A DNA stretch of 62,872 nucleotides, the filler included, from Choristocarpus tenellus KU-1152 (taxonomy: Eukaryota; Protista; Phaeophyceae): assembly GCA_964200185.2 (NCBI GenBank). It is 11 parts of 11 records of this genome, joined end to end, with 100 filler letters (N's around TTAATTAATTAA, not from the genome) between each part and the next. Parts side by side here need not be neighbours in the genome. Positions count along the whole stretch, not along the records: positions 51,197 to 56,660 come from CAXNAD020010706.1; positions 56,761 to 62,872 come from CAXNAD020008910.1; 9 more parts are not named here. One strand, given 5' to 3'. A model generated the notes under the pieces. It did not search any database, had not been told where the DNA came from, and saw nothing but the letters and a program-made list of their open reading frames with translations. The position numbers and the translations under genes were made by a program. Each line of letters begins with the position of its first letter. Position 1 is the stretch's first letter. This document shows, in pieces, positions 51,540 to 62,872 of this stretch.

Positions 51540-53573
51540 ATATCTAAAAAATATCAGAGGGTTATGTAGTAATGGTCTTGAGAGTTGAGAGTGGAAAATG
51601 GGGAATTGAATTATTTAGGAGGTAAGGTGGTACCAGTAGCGTCACCCTCTGTGGCAATCGTAGTTTAGTTCATGGGAACGCCACAACAGTTATACAACAA
51701 TACGTATATCAAATGAACGGGTATAGCAAGAGCTTTTGAAGGTTTGTATCCACGAATATCCAGGCTTCGGGGAACAGGAGCTATGTCCCCATCAAAGAAC
51801 TGCAAAAACGTGGGGGGACATCTCCGGTGCAATTTTGAAGGTCACGACTTCCTAACGGACAAAATTGAAGTGGTTGGCAGAACTCCTTGCAAAACATTGG
51901 TACGGGGTACGTCGCTGCCCGAGTTTGGCCGGTGTGCCAATACCGAAAAAAATCAAAAAAAGATTTCCGAACATCTTTTTAACGCCTTTTGCAGACTTTC
52001 TGTGAACACACACACACGTGACTTACACAGCAACATGAACCACAACGGTGAGACAAGGAGAGCCACTGAGGCCACTCTGCCCCCTGGATCTACCCTTGGC
52101 ACCTCCTTCTCTGTCTAGAGAAGACGGAAAAGCAAGTACCGTGTGACAATCAGTGCGATGTTAGGTGATGAGAAAGTGCGTGTACTGTGGTGCACCAGCA
52201 TAATCAAATTGCGAAATGAATCACCGGGCCGCAACACTGACGCTGAGAGAAGATGCATTGAAAGCATTACCACACAAACGTGGTTGGATCTTCAACCATA
52301 TCGGAGCACTGCTCTGCAGTCTCTGCCTCCTCGGGAAAGCAGGAAGAGAGCGGCGAGTCCATCACCAGGTGGTACAGTGAATCGAAGTCTGTGTGGAAGC
52401 TTGGTCAAGGCGGGCGAAGGGAGAACCGGGGTGGCCGCCTGAAGAGAAGATTGGGGAAGAGAGCAGTGCGACTGCGTGCTATTGCGCTCAGGAAACACCT
52501 GAGCGAAAACCTGGGTGTAGAATATCTTACCGGTCGACAGTTGCAGCAGACCCTGACTGTTTGGAAGCTGTGCGAGCCGGAGTGGCTTAAGGAAACGAGA
52601 AAGAAGGTGTTAGGGTTGGGGTACAAGGGCTCTGAAGCCTGAAAGAAGGTCGAAAGGGCTCGCAAGGCTAAGGAGAAAGCAATCGTAACAAAGGAAACTG
52701 CAGTTTTTTTTTGCTACCACCAAATCCCTTACTTCAAAGAGGTCACGAAGCAGGTAGAGGTAGCCATGGATGAGGACGCCAGGGAAGAAGAGGAGGTGAG
52801 ATTGAGACTATTTGCACACCGGTGGTTTGGTATATCCCACTTCTTACGAGATGCCGTACACTCACTTTTGTTCCTGGACTTAGGATTGGACGCATAATGT
52901 TGATTAAGACTTTCTTCCCGCCTGCATTTATTAGGAAAGGGGGCTGTAAGAACCCGGAATGACGAAGGATGAGGGGAAGGGAGAGAAACATAACCCAAGC
53001 AAAAGCATGTTGCATGTGCTTGGAGGGCAGAGGGACTTCAATGAGGTAGTTCCTAGTCTTCAGCTTCTTGTCAAGCGGTATGGAGGGGTATGCCTAATTC
53101 CCCCAAAGTATCACTGTGAGCTCAACCCCACTGAGCTCGTGTGGGGTCGAGCAAACCATGGGTTACGACAGCATTGCACCTATTCTTTGGACAGACTCCG
53201 AAAAAACGTTCCTTAGGCGCCCAGCACATTCGGAATTCCTCGTGCAAGAGTTACATTTACATTTTGCATCCATTCCCTGGGTCATTCTTTTGGTTGACCT
53301 TTTAGGGTTATTTTAGCCTTAACCAGGTATACTTTAATCAAGTAATAGTACATCTGTTGCTACTACTACTCTAGGTGACCTACAAAACTTCAAACCCCAA
53401 TATGAGCGCTCTTTCTAATATAATGAAAATATTGGAAAAAACACACGAAGTCCCTTTTATGGAGGACATTGTGACGGGCATCACGAATATGCAAAAAATA
53501 AATAAATTATCCAATGTCTACATCAAAAGTTATGACGAGATAACCCCCCTTACACACAAACTGTTAGTACCAG
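51540..53573 (+). mobile_element. ITm deletion derivative, copy 3 (retains the catalytic C-terminus)
   Basis: LGGQRDFNEVVPSLQLLVKRYGGVCLIPPKYHCELNPTELVWGRA...RQHCTYSLDRLRKNVP is the P(K/P)xHCELNPIE.VW motif of IS630/Tc1-like DDE transposases; right end followed by TA. Confidence 0.85.
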
Positions 53574-53952
53574 TACAATAATTTTTGTGAGATTTGTATA
53601 GTTCATATTAGTTTTTCCCCGCACTATATAATGCTAGAGATAATAATATAATATTTACAGAATTTTTTTGGGTAGTATTTTGCTGGGAAATTTTGCAACT
53701 TGGGAGTACTTTTATAATTGTGGAGGGTGAACCCCATCTGATTGGTCAATCGGTTAAGGTTAGAGAAATTTCTGTTAGTTTGTGACCTCGACTTTCCTCA
53801 GTTCCCCAAAATGCTGTTTCTTCAACCATGTACGCATATGGATATAGATATGAAGACGATGTTTCACATGTTGCACAGGAAGGGAACAGGGGGCAGGGAG
53901 TGGAAAAGGTATAGGGAAGGTAAGAGAAGGTGCCCGGGACAAGGGCCTAAGG

Positions 53953-55411
53953 ATGCAAGCTTTGACATCATATGCCGTTGCTCAAAGCGGCGTAACAAAA
54001 GAGGAGAGTGAGGCATTGGACAAGGTTAACCTGTACGATCGTCTTGGAGAAGCAACCATTATTTCAATTTCGGAGTCTTTTTATGATAGGTGGGTAAATA
54101 TCACTAGTAGAGACGTGATTAGCGTAGGGTAATGTAACATAAATGCCAAAAGATGTCCTAAAATGCAATGGGGGTTACGGTTTATTCAGCATGACACTAT
54201 TTTCTACAGCGAAGTCGAAGAAATTGAGTAGTTGATTTTGGTACCAATGTGTGGATCTATAGCTTGGATACCCCGTTGTCATTTCTGACGATATGTTCAC
54301 TGTGTGCTAGAAGCAAGAGGTTTTTCCCTCAGGATTGCTAGACGATGCGCTCTTATGTTCCATTCTGTCTTTGTAATATCATTGATTCGAAGTGAATGTC
54401 GTCATTCTTATCTGGTGCTTCGTACTTTTGACTAACCTGTCTTTGTCCATTCTTATGCTTGCTATGCGCAAATGCTATCTTTTGGCTAGGGTTTTCGGAG
54501 ATGAGGAATGGTTCAGATCTATTTTCTCTGCTTCCTCTAAGAAAGAGGCGGTACGCAACCAGGTGTGGACAACATCTGTGCATTGATACTTTTTAGCCGA
54601 CGCTGTGTGTCATTGCTAATGTGTGTATTGAGCGATATACAAGGCATTTTAATCTTCCCTCGTACTAATGATGGAACATGTGCAGTCGCAGCACAGTCTA
54701 CTGATACCTCTACTTTCCTAACTTCGTCGATACTGTTGGCAATTGCTGATCCCTTGAGATAGGTAGATTTCCTCGTAGAAAAGCTAGGTGGACCGAAGCT
54801 CTACACCGAGAAAAAAGGGAAACACCATCGACTGATCGCGCGGCATGCCCCATACGCAGTTACGCCACAATCTGCGGTACGATGGTTGAAGGTGAGGGAT
54901 GTAGAAAAAAAGGAATGGTGTTGTAGAGGAGAAAACTACTATTTCGATAGTTAGATCATGTGACACACACCTGTTTAGAAGGGTTTTCACTGGTTAGAGA
55001 TCCATGTGCAGGACCGAAATATGCGTGATTTTAAAAGTGTGAAGTAGATCTGAAGAGGGAATCTTAGTCGGCATTAGTAGAAGGACTGCCATATCAGTGC
55101 GGGCAACTCGCGATCCTCCCGTCTAAAGTACCGTATGTCTGCACCGCTATCTCCCACCAGAAGGAAATCAATGAAAGGACATGGAAGGCCCCTTTGACCC
55201 TCGACTATTTTTTCTTCTTTACTGTTTTTGATTAAAGCACATGGAAGGCGCTCTGAGCGACACCAAAGGCGTGGATGGAGAGTCGAGGGAACTGCTTTTG
55301 TTGTACTTTAAGCACATGGCTCACTTCCTCGTGGCAGGGAAAGAATTTGCAAACCCTACTAATCTGGTTGACTACCACAACAAGATGAGCGCTCAACACG
55401 GTGATGCATGA
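53953..55411 (+). CDS. GLB3: Group II truncated (2/2) hemoglobin, plant GLB3-like, 170 aa (exons 53953-54089, 54490-54562, 54763-54891, 55238-55411)
   Basis: Spliced protein MQALTSYAVAQSGVTKEESEALDKVNLYDRLGEATIISISESFYDRVFGDEEWFRSIFSASSKKEAVRNQVDFLVEKLGGPKLYTEKKGKHHRLIARHAPYAVTPQSAVRWLKHMEGALSDTKGVDGESRELLLLYFKHMAHFLVAGKEFANPTNLVDYHNKMSAQHGDA*. It has the LG, GGP, FY (B9-B10), RH (F8) and W (G8) motifs; all introns are GT-AG and phase-consistent. Confidence 0.93.
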
Positions 55412-55849
55412 GGTTGCTGTAGATTTATTTGTTACCGTTTGGCTAGGGGTTTCGGAGAGTTTGTTACTGCCTGTGCTGTTAAGGCAATCTTACTGAAAAG
55501 ATTGCGACGAGAACACGGTTGTAGTGTATGTGTGTGTGCAGCTTTTTTAATCTTTCATTGACCCCTTCCGCCTGCTTATTCTCACACACCACTTGTTGGT
55601 CATTATTGCCTTGTAGATTTTTCGGCCCACTTTATCCTGGTCATCCCACCACTCTTCCTTTCATAAAGTTACTTTACTTCCTGATGACAAGTGAGAGCAT
55701 GTGGAGTTGTACATTGGTCAGATACCTTCTGTGTTTAGTGAGAAGGTTGTATCTGGCTGGATCAACTTATGAATCATTCTTCTGTGTGCGTAGGTGTGGA
55801 TCTATGTGTGTATATTTTGTCGTGGAATGAGAAGGTGTACCAGCATCAG

Positions 55850-56450
55850 GGATGTTTTATTGTCTCCAACTGAGCCTCTTCTTGGCCAACAGATGCTACA
55901 CTTGAAAGCACAGGGATTGTGGTACAGCATGTTGAGATACTATGATCTGGAGGGTCAAAGAGTTGTCCGGATTGCCCCCAATGAGCAGGTTGTGAAATAG
56001 CCACCAACTTTTGTTGTAACAGCAACTGGTGGAACAGTTTTGAAATTCTCGTTAGGCATAGCAGGGTATGGAGGTCGTTGTGTTAAATCTGCAACACATA
56101 ATGACCAATAAGAGTGTTCCATACCCCACTGTATCAGTGTGCTGGGTGCTGGAGTAGTGTTTCTTGTGACTTGCAGAGCTGACTGCATTTGCAAATAGAT
56201 GTTACAAAGTATGTGGATGTATACCTGGGAAGAGCCTTTTACTTTGCTTAATCTTTCCCCATTACGCACCCCTGGTTGGTGGTGCACAGGTTGAGGTGCA
56301 CCATTAAGAGGACACCGCCACCCATCAAGATGAAGTTCAATATGGAATATGATCTGTATCTGCCCATTCTGGATGGAGTAAGAGGGTGTATGTAAACCCA
56401 TCACTTTTTGTTTCAGTTGTCCTTTGCACAGGAGACGATACGATTACTGT
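55850..56450 (-). mobile_element. Possible very decayed LINE RT relic
   Basis: VRNGERLSKVKGSSQVYIHILCNIYLQ loosely resembles the KGxRQG..LFNIY region. Confidence 0.3.
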
Positions 56451-59400
56451 GGTGAAAGAGCATTGTAACCTTCACAGATAGGATAGCTCAATGGTCACTC
56501 ATACTATAAATCAGAGGTGTACATGTCTTTTGCAAAAGAGAGCTACTCAAGTAGAGTATTTTGCTTTGTGTGGTATGGATGTATTTATTAGCGGAGAGAG
56601 CACAGCCCTCGGTGGTGGGAGGTGCTCTCTCTTATTTCTTATTGTTATTGCATGTGTCAGNNNNNNNNNNNNNNNNNNNNNNNNNNNNNNNNNNNNNNNN
56701 NNNNTTAATTAATTAANNNNNNNNNNNNNNNNNNNNNNNNNNNNNNNNNNNNNNNNNNNNGACAGATGGAGGCCAGAGTGAACAGGAGATAGCAAGGGGC
56801 TACAAGCGGTATATTGGAGGGCCTGTTCACCAGTCGCGAAGAACTCAGGGGCTTGTTTGTGCCATGTGTGCGCTTGTGTCAGTTGTTTGCTACCAAGTTG
56901 TCTCAATGTGTGCTTGACCTTTGCCATTGCTACTGGGAGCGTGTGGTGCTAAAGCCTCGTAATGACTGCTTGTACGGCTTGGTACTTTGGTTTAGGGTTA
57001 GGGTTAGGGTTGGGGTTGGAGTAGAGATCCGATAAAACATAGTCTCGGAATTTTTTACTGTATAGTACGGATGACCCATGTTTCAATGGCATCTTTCAAG
57101 GGGGGTAACATAGACCCTTACGCCATATGACTTATCCAATCATGACTCCGGGTATCCGTCAGATGCACAGTGCAGTTCAGGCGATGAAGAGTGTCGATTC
57201 GAGTGTCAGATGCACAGTGTACGCCGGTGCGTGTTGGGATGTCTCCGTACTCCTCAATATCTCGACAACATCAGGGGCGAGGGTGTCGCCTAGCTTAGTT
57301 GGGCCATTGCTGACCTACTTCTCCAGCCTCCTCCTCCTCAACTGTATCTTTTTAGCTTGAGTTGAGTCTCACTGTACGTGTCACCTCAATTTCAAATCTG
57401 TCCTGCATCCTCTCGATGTGGCGAGTGTGAAGGAGGTGGTCCGTCCGAGTCAGGGTTTGAAACTGCAGCCTTCGGTTATTTCTCGTCAAGACGTTGGCAA
57501 CTATTTTGGTACCGCCTCTGTGGCAGAGTGATACATCAAAAATCTCGACAAGAAAAGAGTCGATGTCCAGAACAATTTTCTCCGTACATTTAGGAACTCC
57601 AATTTGAAGAGTCCCGATCAATAGTAGGAATGGCCTCAGGTCCTTACTACAGTGGTAATTTCTCAACAGTTAAAACGATTTGTGAAATTCTGCTGTTTGC
57701 TGCCCCCCCCCCCACCCCTCTGATAACATACTGCTATCGCTTAGCCCGCTCCTACAGTGCTTGGCAGCACTCAATGCCTCTTAGAGGCAGAAACGATTGC
57801 CATATCGCATTGTCCCAATCCATACGAGGGCCGAAGGAAGAGTTGCAGTGTTTTTCGAGGTGTACATAGTAGGTAGGTGGAGATGGGTCAGGAAAGGATC
57901 AAAGGTGCATAAGAGACATCAACTTCCTTCAAAATTGGTGATTTCATTTTATAATTTTTGTTGCCAGGGGAGTTTGTAGTGATTTTGAGGGCATGAATCT
58001 CTCTGGATGATCCAATCTACAAGCTTTTTTGGCAGTGCTAAGTGCCATGCTTGACCTTGTTGCTGTGTTTGGTCCGCTGCCGACTCTTTTGCCCTTTCCA
58101 GAACAACATCCCTGTGTTCTGTCCTGCGCTAACGGATGGGTCCATAGGTGACATGATCTACTTCCACAAGTACAAGCGGCCAGAGTTTGTCTTAGACATA
58201 TCGGGTAAGGTATCGCCCAAAACAAGTTGACCTTTTCACCTTCACTGACAATCGATCACTTGTTACTTACAAGCAAACTTCCCTCAGACCTTGAAAATGC
58301 AGCAAACGTCCTTCTAGATGCCTCATCACATTGCAGGTGTACCCCCCACCCCAAGTCTGCTTGAGAGGCAACTGAGAACCCCCCTCATTGTGCTCCACTT
58401 CATTCATTTGGTCCAAGGCAATTATAGCACCTATTTCACTCTTCCAATAGGATGAGATGGTAGGATTGACCTTCTGTCAGCAGAGTGAATTGCGTTCAGA
58501 GCTAAGAGACTGGGGGTGGGCTAGGCATCCAGAGTGGTGTGGCATGAATGGTGTTGGGGTGGGATGGATTGTTCTGACGAAGGTAGGAAGGTACAGCAAT
58601 GAAATGGAGGGTATTTATTGAAAGGTGCTACTTAAAGGTATAGTTTGTGAGTCGCCCCTGCCCTCGCAGCAATGAATGTTCTGTCTTGCAGGAAGGGCGG
58701 GCCTGTAGTCCACAACAGTATCCCTAGATGTGTGTGTGTGTGTGTGTGTGTGCACAAGGGAGAGAAATGACTGACCGGCTCTACATCATCATCTTTCTGC
58801 AACCCCTGCCTGGGGTTGTTCCACAAGTCCACATGTGACCAATCAAATCAAATCTGATATGTGGTGTACAGATCAATTTCCGTCAAATTAACGTCCGTTT
58901 GTGTCATAAATGATCTGATTTCAGTTACGTACGTTGGGATGCATCCTCACAAATCAAAAGACTTTGGAGTTACAGACTTTTTGTTTGTTTGTAGATCCGA
59001 ATTGTTCGTGCCCTGTTCGTATTTTTTATATTTTTTTAGAGTGGTGTGGGACAAGCCTTCCGAGGACGTGATGAAATGTTGAAATGTTGACAAATCAATC
59101 CATGCCGAGATCTGCAGTAAGTTGTGGTCACAAGGGAAAAATCATCATCGGGGAGGGGTTCAAATTAATGTCCTCGTACCAGGTAACCTCTTTTTACATG
59201 CTTTGCAGATAGGAGAGTTGTACCTAAAAATGCTTGTACGTGTATTTAGCAGAGGATGAGTTGTGCTGACAAATACTTGTACTTCAAAGTAGGTGTTTTT
59301 AACAGATGATTAGTTGTACTGACAAATACTTGTACTTTGTAGTGTATGTTTTTAAGAGAGGAGTGATGGCACTGGTCCACAATATGCGACCGCTGACCAC

Positions 59401-59902
59401 CGATGATACATGGAGTGATGTACAAGGACATGTTTTCAAATTTGTAAGATAAATTGGGGCGGCCAACATGATGTGCTACAGGCATCATGTTATGTCACCC
59501 AGGACCCTACTGGGGCTTCCACAATTTGTTGAGTTAAGAAAGGGGGTGATGTTTTTGGTGCTATTTATAGAACAGGGGAACGAAGTACTGAGTGAAATTA
59601 CGGTATTAGTAGTGTAAGGTTTGTATAGATAGGATTGTTCTTTCCTGTTAAATCACAGGTTGAGATTTTTGTATGTCGAGGTGAGGTAGGGACAGATCAC
59701 TGATACAAAATTTTAATCCCCCGACACACAAGGACAAATCTTTTGTATCAGGTACGTGTAAGTAAAATGGTGAGCGATGTGTGTCTACAATTCAGGATTT
59801 GTATACAATCCCTTGAGATGGAGTTGTCCTCGGTACATGGTTTTTGGTTCAAGAATTACTGTGTAGAAACTATTTGTACATCTTCACCATTCCTTTAACC
59901 TC

Positions 59903-59934
<32 letters not shown>

Positions 59935-61467
59935 TATTTTCTATCAACTTGTGGAGCACAAATAAAGAGTTAAATCACCGTTTGACCGACATGTGGATTG
60001 TTTCCTCTTGTCATGCATACCTCGATAAAACTCCTGGATGTCTCTTGGGATCAGGTGGTTCTTGTGTGACACTCAAAATATACTTATCTAAATCAATACC
60101 ACCCCTCTTAATGCACTCCCTACCTTTCACATTTTTGGGAAGTCAGTCCTTACTGGTCCTCGAACACTCAAGAGTACTCTCAGTTCTCACCCTACGTGTC
60201 TCCCCCTCCCTAACCCTACAACATTGCTAGTGAGATAGTGCCAGGTTTGGTTGGCATTGCTCCCTCTCTCTGCCTTTTTAGCTAGCCATATCATCATACC
60301 GCTCCGCCCCTTGTTGTGTGTTTCCTCAGGAGATATCAGGGGTATCAATGACATTGCAGTCAGGGCGCCTTGCACGGGGATGATAATTGTTGGTGGGGGG
60401 CTTGTCAAGCATCACACCTGCAACGCCAACCTGATGAGGAATGGTGCCGACTTTTCTGTCTTCATTAACACTGGTGGGTGTGCGGGTGTGTATACTTTGA
60501 GCGTGATGTGCTTGCTGTGATACTAAGTTCAACGTTATATCCGTCCTATGTAGCGTACACCTTGACCCACGATGTAGTTCCTCTTTATTTCCATGGTCTG
60601 CCTGACTGACTCCTACCTCTTGTACTGGCTTGCTTCTACAACCCAAAAGCATGCTGTGTACTGAGGACAGGGTGTTGGACCTTACTCCCTCTGCGGTGTG
60701 TGCTATCAGATGGTCGGTTCAAATGTGATGGGAGATTCTTTCCGGTAGAACCTTGTCTTCTTGCCCCCTTCTTGGTCTTTCAATTGGGATGTCTTGTTTG
60801 TTTGCTTCCTACCCAAGAACGCCCCCGCCTCCCTGGCCCCCCTCCCTTTTGCTGTGCTTTTGTTTCTCAAGGTCAGGAGTTTGATGGGAGTGATTCAGGG
60901 GCTAAGCCCAGCGAGGCCATTTCTTGGGGGAAGATCAAGATTGATGCCAAGCCAGTCAAGGTGTCTATGATGCCTAGACCAATGACAATGTTAGAAGAGG
61001 GTATATTTTTTTCTCCTGAAAACAAATTGAATCCTGCCTTCCCCCCCCTCCCCTCAGTGTGAACTTGGTCTTCGCTCCCTATTTCCCTTTGGCATTTCTT
61101 GCATCTAAGCTGTTCCCTTTTGCTTAACCTGGTCTTTGGACATCAGTTGAGAAAAGCGCTTTGTATGCCATGACATGATGCAGATTCTTGCTGTGTTGCT
61201 ATTCTGAGATACTTGTGGTGAGTGTAGTCAGGGTATGCTAGAACGTTTTGACAGGTAGGTTCCCTCCAAGTCAACGTTCAACTACAGCCCTTCTGAGCTA
61301 TGCTTGCCTTTCATTGCCCTGCCCTGCCCTGACCCATGTCCACCCTTCCACCTTCAACCTTGTTTTGCACCTATTTCTAAGTTGTATGCGGAGGCCACAT
61401 TAGTGCTCCCTCTAATCGTTTCGCAGACCTTTGCTCGGGATTTTCACAGGTGAGATGCGAACCACTG

Positions 61468-61587
61468 GGGGGCGGGGGGGGGAGGGGGGGGGAAGAGGGA
61501 AAAAAAAGAAAAAAAAAAGAATACTACGGGGTACGTGATGATTACNNNNNNNNNNCCGCGATCTCCGCTCTTGCGGTACACGAGGGG

Positions 61588-61630
<43 letters not shown>
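61468..61630. repeat. Poly-G/poly-A low-complexity tract around a 10-N gap (61546-61555)
   Basis: Seen directly; sequence quality is probably low. Confidence 0.8.
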
Positions 61631-61631
<1 letters not shown>

Positions 61632-62872
61632 AAAGAGAAGAACGAAAGATTTCTACACGGCCTGTGTGGCTTACTTGATTCTTGCTCGGATTGATGATAT
61701 GTCATTTGGTTGGAAAGTGAGAGCGAGGGAGGGCTCTCTGCCTTGCCTATGTATCAAGTACTGAGTAGATCGTGGACGATCCTTGCTTACGCCCTCTGCA
61801 ATGCTGTAGTGGGTTACTTTGTGGTATGCTCTTGATGAGTGGTGGCTCTTTGTGCCGGTCTAATTGAGGGCTTTTTTTTCTTTTTTTTTGGGGGGGGGGA
61901 ACTTTTTGAAGTATCTTTTGCTTATGTGCGTAGATCAGTGCCAGTGACTAATTGCCAGAAAGAGTCAGAATGGTAGCTGCTGCTGGCCAGTCACATTGTG
62001 TGCACAGAGGTGTTGAATGTGAAACTGAGGACCATGGCAAAGAGGTGGTGGTTTCTACAAATGAGATCGGTGCATCGATGCGCTTTTGGTCAAGAATCTA
62101 ATCTAATGCAAAGTTACCACTGTAGTTCTAGTAGGCCCATACTAAAATAGTTCTTCAATTTTAATTTAAACCCACAAGTGAATGTGAATGTAAAAGTAGA
62201 TTTCTGTTAGCTTGTTGAAGGTTTTGGTTGGATTTCAGGTGTTGTCCTATCGTGCTACACGTGTGCTGACTCTTGGGGTGTCTTTTTGTCCTGTTGATGC
62301 TTAGGAAATCTTTTCTGTTTAGAGGTCTTGTGTCAAGTGCCAGTGAGATCGTTGCTTCCTTAGCAGCTGGTGCTGTTTTGAATAATCCCGGCACCACTTG
62401 AGTGCACATGGTGCAGTATTTGTTAATAGTGTATTCACACTATTTATCCTTGGGCCCAGGATCAAGGGTAGAAGCAAAGGAATGCAGTTTAATGCATGTG
62501 TTATTTTCATCCTCATTGTTTTAATAAACTACTTGAGAATAGTTTTGATGTAATGCTGTGTTTGTGGTTGTTAGTCATGGTGCATATTAATCAAAGTCTG
62601 TTTTTTTAAAGAGGGTCGGTTCTGTTGAAGGGATGATATCGTAAAATTGCAGAGGATAGGATGTACTGAGTACAGTTGTTCCCACAGCATGATCAGGGCA
62701 AGCTGTCAGAAGATTAGCTAGTGGTCCTAAAAAATAAATGTTTATGTTCCTGCTATGCGTTTCTATATCTTGTAGCAGTAACACCTTACTCCTACCCCAC
62801 CCCCCATCCCCCACAAAATCCACACATATGTGATGTACTTCAGGGAACAAGGACAGAGAGATGCTGGAGGAG

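Noticed and set aside
51625-51650. AGGTGGTACCAGTAGC as the left TIR of ITm copy 3
   Set aside because: It resembles the right end, but homology with copy 2 continues further left (to about 51540), so it may be a separate small insertion; the left terminus is left undefined.
55161-55190. Possible extra globin micro-exon with an 11-bp copy (ACATGGAAGGC) of the exon 4 start
   Set aside because: No GT donor, and the globin aligns contiguously without it.
56761-62872. Genes in the last contig (for example a 23-nt AG/GT-bounded segment at 61427-61449 and ORFs at 57127, 60326, 60700)
   Set aside because: No coherent exon chain or recognisable protein motif; probably intron or intergenic DNA with decayed repeats.

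Overview
Eukaryotic nuclear DNA. It is most likely from a brown alga or close stramenopile relative; this is an inference from the brown-algal-style RTE LINE motifs, short GT-AG exons and interstitial TTAGGG runs. The window is not one locus: 11 contigs are joined by an artificial 100-bp linker (44N-TTAATTAATTAA-44N), so adjacency across linkers carries no meaning. Reading splice sites by eye gives seven intron-containing genes or gene fragments: an RCC1-repeat/UBR-zinc-finger protein; a BC-box/LRR protein divergently paired with a Gly/Gln-rich WW protein; 10 internal exons of TRRAP/Tra1; an unknown low-complexity gene; the 3' end of an enoyl-CoA hydratase; and a complete 4-exon plant-GLB3-like group II truncated hemoglobin that the ORF track almost entirely misses. 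The rest is a transposon graveyard: two related MITE families sharing an AAAGTATCT terminal core, three complementary deletion copies of an IS630-Tc1-mariner element, a plant-type mariner, RTE and RLE-type LINEs, Copia and Gypsy relics, tRNA-like SINE heads and minisatellites. I see no CRISPR array, rRNA, intact tRNA or prokaryote-type multi-gene system. The most interesting signals are the GLB3-like globin, the RCC1 protein's domain architecture, the MITE pair and the reconstructable ITm transposon. All family assignments come from motif recognition, not database searches.
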